From Yoonia sp. (GTDB lineage: Bacteria; Pseudomonadota; Alphaproteobacteria; Rhodobacterales; Rhodobacteraceae): a stretch of DNA of 64,000 nucleotides. Location: the NCBI GenBank assembly GCA_965656885.1, contig CBFHME010000009.1:52931-116930 (forward strand), in the 5' to 3' direction. Within the stretch, counting starts at the first letter, position 1. Every line of letters begins with the position of its first letter. Both the position numbers and the translations under genes were made by a program. Below the pieces are notes generated by a model. The model did not search any database and had not been told where the DNA came from. It was given only the letters and a program-made list of their open reading frames with translations. Of the stretch, positions 29,155 through 40,238 are shown piece after piece.

Positions 29155-30189
29155 ATGTCTAAGTTCAAACTAACTGCTTCGTTCGTTGCGATTACCGCAT
29201 TGACCACAACTGCCGCGGTGGCACGCGACAATGTTCAGGTTGCGGGATCGTCGACTGTATTGCCATACGCCTCAATCGTGGCCGAGCTATTTGGCGAAAA
29301 CTTTGACTACCCGACACCTGTTGTTGAATCGGGTGGATCATCCGCGGGTCTTAAGCGGTTTTGTGAAGGGGTCGGTGAAAACACAATCGACATCGCCAAT
29401 GCGTCCCGCCCGATAAAACCGTCCGAACGTGCGGCCTGTGCCGACGCGGGCGTGACCGACATTATCGAAGTGCGCATCGGCTATGACGGGATCGTTTTCG
29501 CCTCCGACATTGAAGGCAACGGTTTCGCATTCACACCCACAGATTGGTATCTGGCGCTGACAGCAGAACATTTCGTTGACGGGGCACTTGTGCCCAACAC
29601 GGCGACAACATGGAAAGACGTGAACGCAGATTTCCCTGACCAACAAATCCAAGCCTTTATCCCAGGCACCAAACACGGCACACGCGAAGTGTTCGAAGAA
29701 CAGGTCATTCTAGCTGGGTGCGAACAGGGCGGCTTTTATGACGCAATGATCGCAAGCGGAATGGACACTGACACGGCCCACGACAAATGCATGGCAATCC
29801 GCACCGATGGCCGTAGCGTGGACGTTGACGGCGACTATACAGAAACACTTGCCCGGATCGAAGCTGACACCAACGGCATTGGCGTGTTCGGACTGGCGTT
29901 TTACGAAAACAACACAGACAAACTTCAGGTCGCCACAATGTCAGGCGTGGTGCCAACGGCCCAAAGCATTGCGGCAGGCGACTACCCCGTGTCACGTCCA
30001 TTGTATTTCTATGTGAAGGCAGCCCACCTTGATGTGATCCCCGGGCTCAAGGATTTTGCGGAATTCTACGTGTCTGACGATGTTGCAGGTCCGGACGGTC
30101 CATTGGCCGAATACGGGCTTGTATCTGATCCGGCCCTTGCAGACGTGCAGACAACCGTCATGGACGAAATCACGTTGGACGATTTGTAA
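29155..30189 (+). CDS. pstS: phosphate ABC transporter substrate-binding protein PstS
   Basis: The start is at ATG 29155 (MSKFKLTASFVAITALTTTAAVA signal peptide). The mature part begins VQVAGSSTVLPY..., which is typical of PstS-family PBPs. It is the first gene of pstSCAB. Confidence 0.9.
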   Translation: MSKFKLTASFVAITALTTTAAVARDNVQVAGSSTVLPYASIVAELFGENFDYPTPVVESGGSSAGLKRFCEGVGENTIDIANASRPIKPSERAACADAGVTDIIEVRIGYDGIVFASDIEGNGFAFTPTDWYLALTAEHFVDGALVPNTATTWKDVNADFPDQQIQAFIPGTKHGTREVFEEQVILAGCEQGGFYDAMIASGMDTDTAHDKCMAIRTDGRSVDVDGDYTETLARIEADTNGIGVFGLAFYENNTDKLQVATMSGVVPTAQSIAAGDYPVSRPLYFYVKAAHLDVIPGLKDFAEFYVSDDVAGPDGPLAEYGLVSDPALADVQTTVMDEITLDDL

Positions 30190-30191
30190 GC

Positions 30192-31352
30192 ATGTCGATC
30201 TCAGTCGCTCTTTTGATTGCGATCTTGTTTGTGGTCGCAGGCTATTTCGCAGCCCAGCGTCGCGCCATTGCCGCATCAGGTGGTGACGTGCGCACGCTGG
30301 CCGCGTTGCCGCGCCAATACGGTTTGAACGTCGCATTGGCTGTCTCCATCCCGACGTTGGCCGCTCTCATTGTCGGGGCGCCGCCGGCTGTGGTTGCGGG
30401 TATCGCCGCGATTGCTTGTGGCATATCGACCCTGCGCGTCAAACCCACCTTACGTGCCCGCGCAGAGGCAGAATCATGGATCAAGCTGATCCTGATCACC
30501 GCATCTGTGATCGCCATTCTGACCACCGTGGGCATCGTGTTTTCAATGATATTTGAGGCGCGCAACTTCTTTGCCCAATATCACTGGTCGGACTTTTTCT
30601 TGTCTTCAGAATGGGCGCCCAACTTCAGAGGGGATTCCGATCTTGGGATTTTGCCGCTTCTTTGGGGGACGCTCTACATCAGCTTTATCGCGCTGGTATT
30701 TGCCGTGCCTATTGGCTTGTTCGCAGCAATCTATTTGTCTGAATATGCCAGTCCGCGCCTGCGCAGCATCATCAAACCCGCGATCGAGGTTTTGGCTGGT
30801 ATCCCAACCATCGTCTACGGATTATTTGCGTTGATAACCGTTGGTCCGTTTTTGCGGGACTATTTCGCAAGCCCGATGGGATTTGGCGACAGCGCATCAA
30901 GCGTCATGACCGCGGGCTTGGTGATGGGCGTCATGTTGATCCCCTTTGTGTCATCGCTTTCTGACGACATTATCAATGCGGTCCCACAGGCCATGCGCGA
31001 CGGATCATTCGGACTTGGGGCGACAAAATCCGAAACCATCCGGCAGGTTGTGATCCCAGCCGCACTTCCAGGCATCGTGGGGGCAATACTGCTCGCCGCT
31101 TCGCGTGCAATCGGGGAAACCATGATCGTGGTGCTGGGGGCAGGGGCCGCGGCCCGCCTTTCGCTCAACCCGTTCGAGGCGATGACAACAGTCACCGTCA
31201 AAATCGTCAGCCAACTGACGGGTGACACCGATTTTGCAAGCCCTGAAACATTGGTGGCTTTTGCACTGGGACTGACACTGTTTGTTATCACGCTAGGACT
31301 AAACGTCGTCGCGCTGATCATCGTGCGCAAATATCGGGAACAATACGAATGA
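30192..31352 (+). CDS. pstC: phosphate ABC transporter permease PstC
   Basis: Polytopic membrane protein with an EAA-type loop (SRAIGETMIV). It sits between pstS and pstA. Confidence 0.9.
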   Translation: MSISVALLIAILFVVAGYFAAQRRAIAASGGDVRTLAALPRQYGLNVALAVSIPTLAALIVGAPPAVVAGIAAIACGISTLRVKPTLRARAEAESWIKLILITASVIAILTTVGIVFSMIFEARNFFAQYHWSDFFLSSEWAPNFRGDSDLGILPLLWGTLYISFIALVFAVPIGLFAAIYLSEYASPRLRSIIKPAIEVLAGIPTIVYGLFALITVGPFLRDYFASPMGFGDSASSVMTAGLVMGVMLIPFVSSLSDDIINAVPQAMRDGSFGLGATKSETIRQVVIPAALPGIVGAILLAASRAIGETMIVVLGAGAAARLSLNPFEAMTTVTVKIVSQLTGDTDFASPETLVAFALGLTLFVITLGLNVVALIIVRKYREQYE

Positions 31353-32671
31353 CCCAGAAATCATTGCTGATCGCTGATGCGCGCACCCGCAAACGCAACG
31401 CCGCTGAAACACGCTTCAAGCTGTTTGGCATCACTGCGATTGTCGTGGCGATGGCCGCACTTGTCATTTTGCTTACATCGGTGGTGTCCTCTGGCAGCAG
31501 TGCGTTCAAACAAACCTATGCCACGATCACCGTGCCACTGCCCGAGGCCAAGTTAGATAAATCCGGGGTGCGCGACGTGGACGTGATGAAAAAAGTCACG
31601 ACAATCGGTTATACCAAATTGCTAACCGAAGGGCTGGTGACCACTGTGGCTGATCTGGGATTGCAGACACCGCTATCGGACAAAGACATCGGCAAACTGC
31701 TGTCCAAAGAGGCCGCAGCAACCGTGCGTAACGCGGTGCTGGCCAACCCCGAAATCATCGGCACGGAACAGTCATTCAAATTGCTGATGACGGGCCGCAT
31801 TGATGGCTATTTCAAAGGGCGCGTCACGATGCAAAGCGCGGCACTTGACGGCAACACGTCACCGGAAGCCCTCGAATTGGCCCAAGCCTTGGCTGATGCA
31901 GGCGTTGTTGACACCACGTTCAACTGGGCGTTCCTGACTGCCCCTGATGCATCTGATCAACGGCCAGAGGCAGCAGGCCTCGGCGTCGCGATCCTTGGGT
32001 CGCTTTATATGATGATCGTCGTTTTGGTGCTGGCGCTGCCAATCGGCGTTGCGGCGTCTATTTATCTAGAGGAATTTGCACCCAAAAACCGATGGACCGA
32101 CGTGATCGAGGTGAATATCTCAAACCTCGCGGCTGTGCCGTCGATTGTCTACGGCATCCTTGGGCTGGCGATCTTCATCAACTTTATGGAATTCAACCAA
32201 TCATCGCCTTTGGTCGGCGGGCTGGTTCTGACACTCATGACACTGCCCACGATCATCATCTCAACCCGTGCGGCGCTTAAATCCGTGCCACCGTCAATCA
32301 GGGACGCGGCACTGGGTGTAGGCGCGTCCAAAATGCAATCCGTATTCCACCATGTCCTGCCATTGGCTGCCCCCGGAATCTTGACCGGCACAATCATCGG
32401 ATTGGCCCAAGCATTGGGTGAAACCGCCCCCTTGCTGCTGATCGGTATGGTGGCCTTCGTGCGCGAATACCCCGCCGCCTACACCCCCGACGCCGGCCTG
32501 TTCGGAGAGGCCGCAACAGCCCTGCCAGTGCAGGTATTCAACTGGACCCAACGCGCTGATCCCGGATTTGTTGAACGGGCATCTGGGGCCATTATTACCT
32601 TGCTGATCTTCCTGCTTGTTATGAACACCATCGCGATCATCCTACGCCGCCGGTTTGAGCGCCGTTGGTAA
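31349..32671 (+). CDS. pstA: phosphate ABC transporter permease PstA
   Basis: 440 aa with a long periplasmic insertion. The C-terminal permease core has [13 protein letters not shown]. It forms an ATGA overlap with pstC. Confidence 0.9.
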   Translation: MTQKSLLIADARTRKRNAAETRFKLFGITAIVVAMAALVILLTSVVSSGSSAFKQTYATITVPLPEAKLDKSGVRDVDVMKKVTTIGYTKLLTEGLVTTVADLGLQTPLSDKDIGKLLSKEAAATVRNAVLANPEIIGTEQSFKLLMTGRIDGYFKGRVTMQSAALDGNTSPEALELAQALADAGVVDTTFNWAFLTAPDASDQRPEAAGLGVAILGSLYMMIVVLVLALPIGVAASIYLEEFAPKNRWTDVIEVNISNLAAVPSIVYGILGLAIFINFMEFNQSSPLVGGLVLTLMTLPTIIISTRAALKSVPPSIRDAALGVGASKMQSVFHHVLPLAAPGILTGTIIGLAQALGETAPLLLIGMVAFVREYPAAYTPDAGLFGEAATALPVQVFNWTQRADPGFVERASGAIITLLIFLLVMNTIAIILRRRFERRW

Positions 32672-32675
32672 CCCC

Positions 32676-33452
32676 ATGAAAGACACACCCATGACACCCC
32701 CAAAGATTTCTGCCAAATCCGTGCAAGTCCACTATGGCGATACCCACGCGATCAAGGACGTGAATGTCGACATCGCGGATAAAACCGTCACGGCGTTCAT
32801 CGGTCCTTCGGGCTGTGGCAAGTCCACATTCCTGCGTTGCCTGAACCGCATGAACGATACGATTGATATCTGCCGTGTAGCAGGCGACATCCGCATCGAC
32901 GGCGAAGACATCTATGCCCCAGCCGTTGATCCTGTGCAGCTGCGCGCCAAGGTGGGTATGGTGTTCCAAAAACCAAACCCGTTCCCGAAATCCATCTATG
33001 ACAATGTGGCTTACGGCCCTAAAATCCACGGGCTTGCCCGCAACAAGGCAGAGCTGGATGAGATTGTTGAAAACGCACTGCGTAAGGCCGCGCTTTGGTC
33101 AGAGGCAAAAGACAGGCTTCATGCGCCGGGCACTGGGCTTTCGGGGGGACAGCAACAGCGTTTGTGCATTGCCCGCGCCATTGCGACCGCACCCGAGGTC
33201 TTGTTGATGGACGAACCATGTTCTGCGCTTGATCCGATCGCCACAGCTCAGGTCGAAGAACTGATCGACGAATTGCGCCAATCCTATAGTGTGGTGATTG
33301 TAACCCATTCCATGCAACAAGCCGCCCGCGTCAGCCAGAAAACCGCATTTTTCCATCTTGGGAACCTTGTGGAATACGGCGACACCGATAAGATTTTCAC
33401 CAATCCCGAAGACCCGCGCACCGAAAGCTATATTTCCGGCCGGATCGGGTAA
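32676..33452 (+). CDS. pstB: phosphate ABC transporter ATP-binding protein PstB
   Basis: Walker [10 protein letters not shown], signature [14 protein letters not shown], Walker B LLMDEP. The start is ATG 32676; the alternative is ATG 32691. Confidence 0.93.
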   Translation: MKDTPMTPPKISAKSVQVHYGDTHAIKDVNVDIADKTVTAFIGPSGCGKSTFLRCLNRMNDTIDICRVAGDIRIDGEDIYAPAVDPVQLRAKVGMVFQKPNPFPKSIYDNVAYGPKIHGLARNKAELDEIVENALRKAALWSEAKDRLHAPGTGLSGGQQQRLCIARAIATAPEVLLMDEPCSALDPIATAQVEELIDELRQSYSVVIVTHSMQQAARVSQKTAFFHLGNLVEYGDTDKIFTNPEDPRTESYISGRIG

Positions 33453-33464
33453 GGAGCAGACGTT

Positions 33465-34172
33465 ATGAATGAACATATCTCATCCGCCTATGACCGTGAT
33501 CTGGACGCGATCCAGACCCTCGTGATGAAAATGGGTGGCATGGTCGAAGAGGCGATTTTGTCTGCGGCAAAGTCATTGGAAACCCGCGATCTGGCCTTGG
33601 CAGAAAAAACCCGTGCCGCCGACAAGGACATCGACGCGCTCGAATTACAAATCAACGAAGAAGCCGCGCGCATCATCGCATTGCGCGCACCCGTGTCCAA
33701 AGATTTGCGCGCGATCCTTACCATCATGCGCATCGCAGCCAGCATGGAACGCATTGGTGACTATGCCAAAAACATGGCTAAACGCACCAGCACACTGGTT
33801 GAATTGCCGACTATTAATGGATCAGAGTCCGCCTTGCGCCGCATGGCGAAAGAGGTGCAATCCATGCTCAAGGATATGCTCGACAGCTATTTGCGTGGCG
33901 ACGCGGAACTGGCCGAAGACGTGCGTCAACGCGATCATGATGTCGATCAGATGTATAATGCGCTGTTTCGGGAATATCTGACATTCATGATGGAAGACCC
34001 GCGCAACATCACCACCTGTATGCACTTGCATTTCATGGCCAAAAACGTGGAACGCATGGGGGATTTGGTCACCAATATGGCCGAACAGGTCATTTATCTG
34101 GTAACGGGCGAAATGCCGGAAGAGGACCGACCAAAAGGCGACCAAACTGCGTTTGTTGGCCATCTGGATTAA
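33465..34172 (+). CDS. phoU: phosphate signalling complex protein PhoU
   Basis: 235 aa with two PhoU repeats containing the E(R)IGD motifs (MERIGDYAKN and VERMGDLVTN). Confidence 0.93.
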   Translation: MNEHISSAYDRDLDAIQTLVMKMGGMVEEAILSAAKSLETRDLALAEKTRAADKDIDALELQINEEAARIIALRAPVSKDLRAILTIMRIAASMERIGDYAKNMAKRTSTLVELPTINGSESALRRMAKEVQSMLKDMLDSYLRGDAELAEDVRQRDHDVDQMYNALFREYLTFMMEDPRNITTCMHLHFMAKNVERMGDLVTNMAEQVIYLVTGEMPEEDRPKGDQTAFVGHLD

Positions 34173-34178
34173 CCGCAC

Positions 34179-34868
34179 ATGACGCAGCTCGCTCCACATA
34201 TTCTGGTCGTCGAGGATGAGCCCGCACAGCGCGAGGTGATGATCTACAACTTGCAAGCCGAAGGCTATCGCGTCACCCCCGCCCACAACGGAGAAGAGGC
34301 GATATTGGTCATCGCAGAGGATCCACCAGACGTCATCGTGCTTGATTGGATGATGCCATTGATGTCAGGGATCGAGGTCTGCCGCCAGATCAAATCAAAC
34401 CCTGCAACCCGCGCCATACCTGTCATTATGTTGTCCGCCCGCACAGAAGAGTTGGACCGCGTGCAAGGGCTTGAAATGGGCGCTGATGACTATGTCGTCA
34501 AACCCTATTCGGTGTCCGAATTCATGGCGCGTGTGCGCGCACAGTTGCGCCGCGTGCGTCCCGCAACCCAAGGCCAGATGCTGGCGTTCCAAGACATCGC
34601 GTTGGATACCGAAACCCATCGCGCAACCCGCAGTGGCGTTGCATTGAAACTGGGGCCGACGGAATACCGTCTGTTGGTCACATTTATGGAAAAACCAGGC
34701 CGCGTGTGGTCACGCGATATGCTGCTTGACCGGGTTTGGGGCAGGGACGTCTACGTCGACACCCGCACGGTTGATGTGCATGTCGGCCGACTGCGCAAGG
34801 CCCTTATGAACGCGGGCGGCACGGACCTGATCAGGACCGTGCGCGGCGCGGGATACGCGCTGGGTTAA
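34179..34868 (+). CDS. phoB: phosphate regulon response regulator PhoB
   Basis: Receiver motifs ILVVEDE and VIVLDWMMP, and an OmpR-type winged helix (RTVDVHVGRLRKAL). Confidence 0.93.
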   Translation: MTQLAPHILVVEDEPAQREVMIYNLQAEGYRVTPAHNGEEAILVIAEDPPDVIVLDWMMPLMSGIEVCRQIKSNPATRAIPVIMLSARTEELDRVQGLEMGADDYVVKPYSVSEFMARVRAQLRRVRPATQGQMLAFQDIALDTETHRATRSGVALKLGPTEYRLLVTFMEKPGRVWSRDMLLDRVWGRDVYVDTRTVDVHVGRLRKALMNAGGTDLIRTVRGAGYALG

Positions 34869-36259
34869 GCCCCCCAAGGCCCGTGCTGATCCTTGCGCCC
34901 GTCAAAACGCTCAAACCCGTGCGCGCCGAAAAAGTCGCGCTGCCCTTGGATCATGTTGGCAGTGCCTCGCGCCGTGCGCATCGCGTCAAAATACGCAAGA
35001 CCCGATGACAATGCAGGCATCGCGACGCCACCAATGGCCGCTGCCGCCACAACGCGGCGCAGCGCGTCATGGTTCGCCTTTAACAACTCTGCAAAGAACG
35101 GCGCGAACATCAAATTGCGGTCCGCATCATCTGTCAGCGCATCGGCCATGTCATTGAGCATTTTGGACCGAATGATACATCCTTCGCGCCAAACCCGCGC
35201 AATATCGGGCAAGGGCAGGGCCCAATCGTATTGATCGGATGCTTTGCTAATCATTTCAAACCCTTGCGCGTAGCAAATGATCTTGCCTGCGATCAACGCG
35301 CCTTCCAAATCATCCAATGTCACACTGTCAATGGCTTGGGGAGCAGCACCAAACAAATCCTGCCCAACTTGGCGGGTTTCGCGTTGCGATGACAGGTTGC
35401 GCGCAACCACAGCGGCATCAATGGCGGGCACTGGTGCGGCCAAATGTTGGGCCTCGATCACAGTCCAACGGCCTGTTCCTTTTTGTCCTGCTGCATCCAC
35501 GATCACGTCTAGCATCGGCTTGCCAGTTTCAGGGTCGGTGGCCGCGGCAACTTTGGCAGAAATCTCGGTCAGATAGGAATCAAGCGTGCCATTGTCCCAC
35601 TGGGCAAACGTGGCCCCAATGGCATCAGGGGCCATCGCCATACCGTCACGCATCACGCCATAAGCCTCTGCAATCATTTGCATATCGGCGTATTCAATCC
35701 CGTTGTGCACAGCTTTGACGAAATGGCCTGCACCTTCTTCGCCCATCCATGTGGCACAAGGGGTATCATCATAATCAGCTGCAATCGCCTTCAGGATATG
35801 GGACACACGATCCCAATATTCCCGTTTACCACCGCCCATAATGGACGGGCCAAAACGCGCGCCTTCTTCACCACCAGACACGCCGATACCTAGAAAAGGA
35901 ATGTCACCTGCGTCGCGGGCACGTCGGTTCGTATCGTGGAAATTCGCGTTGCCCGCATCAATGATCATGTCGTCATCATCCAACAACGGGCGCAGGGCCG
36001 CGATCTGTTTGTCGACAATCTCTCCCGCAGGGACCATCAGAATAATCGCGCGGGGCTTTGACAGACCATCAACCAGACTTGCCAATGTCTCATGTGCGTG
36101 AACTTTATCCGCTAAGTCACCGGCATTGTTCTTGAAATCTTCTGTCACGCTTGTGGTCCGGTTCCAGACCCCAACATCAAAACCATTGTCCGAGATGTTC
36201 AATGCAAGGGCCGCGCCCATGGTGCCAAGGCCGATAAGACCAATATCTGCTTGTGTCAT
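34865..36259 (-). CDS. gnd: NADP-dependent 6-phosphogluconate dehydrogenase (decarboxylating)
   Basis: The start is taken at ATG 36259 ([21 protein letters not shown] Rossmann motif). It has conserved Gnd segments ([24 protein letters not shown]). Confidence 0.9.
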   Translation of the reverse strand: MTQADIGLIGLGTMGAALALNISDNGFDVGVWNRTTSVTEDFKNNAGDLADKVHAHETLASLVDGLSKPRAIILMVPAGEIVDKQIAALRPLLDDDDMIIDAGNANFHDTNRRARDAGDIPFLGIGVSGGEEGARFGPSIMGGGKREYWDRVSHILKAIAADYDDTPCATWMGEEGAGHFVKAVHNGIEYADMQMIAEAYGVMRDGMAMAPDAIGATFAQWDNGTLDSYLTEISAKVAAATDPETGKPMLDVIVDAAGQKGTGRWTVIEAQHLAAPVPAIDAAVVARNLSSQRETRQVGQDLFGAAPQAIDSVTLDDLEGALIAGKIICYAQGFEMISKASDQYDWALPLPDIARVWREGCIIRSKMLNDMADALTDDADRNLMFAPFFAELLKANHDALRRVVAAAAIGGVAMPALSSGLAYFDAMRTARGTANMIQGQRDFFGAHGFERFDGRKDQHGPWGA

Positions 36260-36353
36260 TGGGGGCTGCTCCTTCATTACTGTTATGGACAGATATAGAG
36301 CGCAACAACCAGAATGCACAGACATCTGCCCAGAAATTCGATCAAGGACTGCA

Positions 36354-37049
36354 ATGACTGATTTTGTTTTTCAACCACCAGCCCAACCCGCGCTGCCCAT
36401 TGTCGGGACCACAGCACTATTTCCAGTCAGACGGATATTCTGCGTGGGCCGCAACTACGCCGCACATGCCGCAGAAATGGGCGGCGAGGTTGACCGCGAG
36501 GCCCCGTGGTATTTTACAAAATCTCCACATGCCTTGTGCCAAAGCGGAACAACGGTCCCTTACCCCGCAGGCACAGCAAATTTTCACCATGAGATGGAGC
36601 TTGTGGTCGCGATTGGAGCGCCAGTGGTCAAAGCCGATCAGGGCAGGGCGCTTACGGCCGTTTACGGCTATGCCTGCGGGCTTGATATGACCCGCCGCGA
36701 TCGCCAACAAGACGGCAAAGACGCCCGCAGACCTTGGTCACTTGGCAAAGATATCGAAAACGGGGCTGTTGTCGGGGCAATTACACCCGCCAGCGAGTGG
36801 ACTGCAACGGATCAAGCCATCAGCTTGTCAGTCAACGATCAAACAAGGCAGAACGCCACGCTAGCGGATATGGTCTGGTCCGTTCCAGAGATCATCAGCC
36901 ATCTTTCGCAGTTTTATCACCTTCAACCGGGCGACCTGATCATGACAGGGACACCCGCAGGTGTTGGCGCTGTTGTCGCGGGCGATGTCATCACTGGCCA
37001 GATTGACGGTTTATCGCCAATAAAACATACTCTTTCAGTTGCTCTTTAA
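36354..37049 (+). CDS. fumarylacetoacetate hydrolase (FAH) family protein
   Basis: The start is taken at ATG 36354. It is 231 aa with FAH-family motifs ([37 protein letters not shown]). Confidence 0.85.
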   Translation: MTDFVFQPPAQPALPIVGTTALFPVRRIFCVGRNYAAHAAEMGGEVDREAPWYFTKSPHALCQSGTTVPYPAGTANFHHEMELVVAIGAPVVKADQGRALTAVYGYACGLDMTRRDRQQDGKDARRPWSLGKDIENGAVVGAITPASEWTATDQAISLSVNDQTRQNATLADMVWSVPEIISHLSQFYHLQPGDLIMTGTPAGVGAVVAGDVITGQIDGLSPIKHTLSVAL

Positions 37050-37089
37050 CATAAAGAACCACTCATAAAGACTTGAAAAGGATAGGATA

Positions 37090-37854
37090 ATGAACCCTTC
37101 AAGAATGACAGCAGTTGTGGCAGGGGGCGCCAGCGGGTTGGGTGCTGCGACCGCAAAATCATTGGCTAATATGGGCGTGAACGTTGGTATTCTGGACTTC
37201 GACATTACAAACGCCACAACTGTCGCAGATGCAATCGGTGGTCTTGCTGTGCAAACCGATGTCGGTGATGCACAGGCTGTGGAAAGCGCCATATCCCAGA
37301 TCACAGCTCATTTTGGTGCAGCGCCAAGGATCGCGGTAAACTGCGCTGGCGTGGCCGATGCGGGGCGTATTGTTGGTCGTGGCGGCAAAACGTCGATTGA
37401 TACCTTCGAAAAAGTCATTCGAATCAATCTGGTAGGCACATATCACGTTATGACATACGCGGCCCAAGCCATGATGGAACTGGATCCGCTGGATGACGGC
37501 GAACGCGGTGTCATCATCAACACATCATCCGCGGCTTATGAGGACGGACAACTGGGGCAGGCTGCTTATGCCGCGTCCAAAGGTGCCATTGCGTCCATGT
37601 GCCTGCCAGCAGCACGAGAGTTTGCGCAATCTGGCATCCGTGTCATGGCGATCGCGCCCGGGCTTTTTCAAACACCGATGATGGAAAGCTTGCCAGACGA
37701 CGTCACGCAAAAGATCACGTCCAACATTCCGTTTCCTGCGCGCTTGGGTCAACCAGGTGAATTTGGAAAGCTGGTATGCGATATCGTAGCCAATCCATAC
37801 CTCAACGGAACCGTGATCCGTCTTGATGGGGCGGTCAGGCTACCACCCCGCTAA
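37090..37854 (+). CDS. SDR family oxidoreductase (3-hydroxyacyl-CoA dehydrogenase type-2-like)
   Basis: GGASGLGAA cofactor motif and the catalytic segment INTSSAAYEDGQLGQAAYAASKGA. Confidence 0.85.
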   Translation: MNPSRMTAVVAGGASGLGAATAKSLANMGVNVGILDFDITNATTVADAIGGLAVQTDVGDAQAVESAISQITAHFGAAPRIAVNCAGVADAGRIVGRGGKTSIDTFEKVIRINLVGTYHVMTYAAQAMMELDPLDDGERGVIINTSSAAYEDGQLGQAAYAASKGAIASMCLPAAREFAQSGIRVMAIAPGLFQTPMMESLPDDVTQKITSNIPFPARLGQPGEFGKLVCDIVANPYLNGTVIRLDGAVRLPPR

Positions 37855-37898
37855 TGCGCCCCTTAAGTCGTATAATCAGTATTATGTAATATTATTAG

Positions 37899-37930
37899 AT
37901 CAAAACCCATGCGTTTACTTAGGTTTTGAT
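37899..37930 (-). terminator. hairpin spanning the tupA stop codon (possible operon terminator)
   Basis: ATCAAAACC (37899-37907) and GGTTTTGAT (37922-37930) form a perfect 9-bp stem with a 14-nt loop. On the minus strand an A/T-rich stretch follows, but there is no clean U-run. Confidence 0.35.
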
Positions 37931-38688
37931 GCATTAAACACGAACAACTGTTCGCCGTTCAGCCGATAACCGTCAATCAAAGCGCCCGCACGATCACTGG
38001 TCAGCCAAGTTTCCAGGCGCACAGTTTCGGCCTTGGCTGGATTGACTGGCAAAAACGCATATTGATTGAACAGTGCCGGATCACCACTGAACAACAGCGC
38101 CAGATTTCCCTTATTGGCAAAATTGAGCCAACTGGCACGGTCCGACAGCGTATAAGCATCCATGGCCGACGCTGTATTCAATGCAGCCCCCATGCCAGCC
38201 CCTACGGATCGATACCACCGTCCCATGGGCGCTGTCGTCCACAACGCCGTTTCCGCTTTATGCGTGCCGCTGTCGTCGCCGCGACTGACAAAAATCGACT
38301 TGGATGCCGCGATCTGGGCCAATGCGGCACTGGCACTAGGCGCCGATTGCACGTCGGCCGGATCATCGGAAGGTCCGACAATCACAAAGTCATTATACAT
38401 AATTTCGGTCCGGTGCGTGCCGTGGCCGGCCGCTATAAACGCATCTTCGGCAGATCGTGCATGCACCAGAACTGCGTCCACATCACCAGCCGCCCCAAGG
38501 CGAAGCGCCTGCCCCGTGCCCACCACCAACAGCTGCACATCAAGCCCAATGTCGGCCTTGATCTGCGGCAGCAACACGTCGGACAAGCCCGAGCTGTCAA
38601 ACGATGTTGTCACAGCCAAACGCAGCGTATCTGCCGCTGAAATCGTGCCCCAAAACAATGAAAGCATGAACGCTAAAATACGGATCAT
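37915..38688 (-). CDS. tupA: tungstate/molybdate-type ABC transporter substrate-binding protein (TupA-like)
   Basis: Signal peptide MIRILAFMLSLFWGTISA, then TLRLAVTTSFDSSGL and SRGDDSGTH, which are characteristic of TupA-type anion PBPs. Confidence 0.75.
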   Translation of the reverse strand: MIRILAFMLSLFWGTISAADTLRLAVTTSFDSSGLSDVLLPQIKADIGLDVQLLVVGTGQALRLGAAGDVDAVLVHARSAEDAFIAAGHGTHRTEIMYNDFVIVGPSDDPADVQSAPSASAALAQIAASKSIFVSRGDDSGTHKAETALWTTAPMGRWYRSVGAGMGAALNTASAMDAYTLSDRASWLNFANKGNLALLFSGDPALFNQYAFLPVNPAKAETVRLETWLTSDRAGALIDGYRLNGEQLFVFNASKPK

Positions 38689-39389
38689 GTGACAATATCA
38701 CCCTTCAAAAACGCGGACAGCGCAGGCGTTTCGGCAGCACCGGACAGAATAGTCGCCGGACCTGTCTCATGTACTTGTCCCGATAACATAAACACCACGT
38801 CTGCGGCCATACGCCGGGCCTGTCCCATATCATGGGTCGCCATAATCAGCTTCGTCCCAGATTGCACCGTTGCGGCAAGAATACCCTCAATCTCACGGGT
38901 GGTATGGCCATCAAGATTGGCGCAAGGTTCATCCAGAAAAATGACGGACGGATCGCGGATCAAGGCGCGCGCGATGGCAAGTTTCTGACGCTCTCCACCT
39001 GACAACCGGGTGGCGCGGGTGGATGCATGGGTCTCTAGGCCAACCTTATGGAGCCATTCTTCAACAGCGCGGTCAATTTCGGTGCGTGTTTGGCCCGCAA
39101 TCTGCAATGGATAGGCCAAATTTTCAGCAACGGTGCGCCGCAACACGGTTGGCGATTGGAACACAAATGCCCGTGCCGTTGTGCTGGTGTCGGCCCAATC
39201 CACCTGCCCGCCTGTGATCCGTTCAATCCCGTAAGCCACGCGCAACAGACTAGTTTTCCCAGACCCGTTTGGCCCGATGATCATTGTTGGGCCACGATCG
39301 GTCACATCAAGCGTCACAGGGCCAAGCACGCGCTTGGCACGGCGTTTCACAACAACATCAGTCAGCGTCAAAATCGTTGTCATCACCAC
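38685..39389 (-). CDS. tupC: ABC transporter ATP-binding protein (TupC-like)
   Basis: Walker A GPNGSGKTS, signature LSGGERQKLAIARA, Walker B IFLDEP. It overlaps both neighbouring genes. Confidence 0.75.
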   Translation of the reverse strand: MVMTTILTLTDVVVKRRAKRVLGPVTLDVTDRGPTMIIGPNGSGKTSLLRVAYGIERITGGQVDWADTSTTARAFVFQSPTVLRRTVAENLAYPLQIAGQTRTEIDRAVEEWLHKVGLETHASTRATRLSGGERQKLAIARALIRDPSVIFLDEPCANLDGHTTREIEGILAATVQSGTKLIMATHDMGQARRMAADVVFMLSGQVHETGPATILSGAAETPALSAFLKGDIVT

Positions 39390-40087
39390 CGCCCACTTTG
39401 TTCGGTGCGCGACAGGCTGTGGATCGCGATATTCACAATCATGCTTAACGCAATCAGCACAAACCCAAGCCCCAGCGCTAAGGCAAAATCACCCTTACCT
39501 GTTTCCAGCGCAATCGCCGTGGTCAGCACGCGGGTAACTTGATCAATGTTGCCACCGACAATCATAATCGCGCCAACTTCGCCAATCGCGCGGCCAAATC
39601 CAGCCAATCCTGCCGTCAACAGATTGCGCCGCCCGTCCCACATCAGCGTTTTGATGCGTTGCCATTTTGTGGTGTTCAACGCTATCAGAAGATCATGGTA
39701 TTCGGCCCATAATTCCCGCATAGCCTGATGCGCGATAGACGTAATAAGCGGCGTGATAATAATGACTTGGGCGATAATCATGGCCGTTGGCGTGAACAAA
39801 AGACCAAGCACCCCGAACGGCCCCGACCGCGATAGCAAAATGTAGACAATCAGCCCCACCACAACCGGTGGAAGCCCCATCAGCGCATTGATGATCGAAA
39901 TAACAAACCGACGATACCGAAACCGTTGCACAGCTAAATAGGCGCCAAACGGCACACCAATGGCACAGCCGATGACAACGGCCGTCATGGTGACTTGCAA
40001 GGATCGCAGGCTGATCTGGATCAGCTCAGCGTCCAATGACACCACCAGCCAGAACGCGGCAATCAGGCCGTCTACTATGTCGTTCAT
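39383..40087 (-). CDS. tupB: ABC transporter permease (TupB-like)
   Basis: Five to six TM segments with an EAA-like loop (GFGRAIGEVGAIMIVGG). The start is taken at ATG 40087; the ORF extends to a TTG at 40138. Confidence 0.75.
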   Translation of the reverse strand: MNDIVDGLIAAFWLVVSLDAELIQISLRSLQVTMTAVVIGCAIGVPFGAYLAVQRFRYRRFVISIINALMGLPPVVVGLIVYILLSRSGPFGVLGLLFTPTAMIIAQVIIITPLITSIAHQAMRELWAEYHDLLIALNTTKWQRIKTLMWDGRRNLLTAGLAGFGRAIGEVGAIMIVGGNIDQVTRVLTTAIALETGKGDFALALGLGFVLIALSMIVNIAIHSLSRTEQSGRW

Positions 40088-40238
40088 GGGCTGCCTAGAT
40101 CCTTGTGCACTTGGCCCATGATCCGCTCTCTTGACCAAAAGAACAAGGTGAATGAAAGCGCCCTGCCCTTTGATTTAGGCTTTTGCGCCAAATTGTGTAA
40201 TGGTTAACAAACGTGGCCGTCAAAGGGGAAACATTTCA

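Noticed and set aside
40088-40238. Looked for a molybdenum-cofactor (Moco) riboswitch upstream of the tungstate/molybdate-type ABC operon
   Set aside because: The 150-nt leader has none of the conserved Moco-motif core sequence that I can recall, and no obvious multi-stem junction. It cannot be supported by eye.
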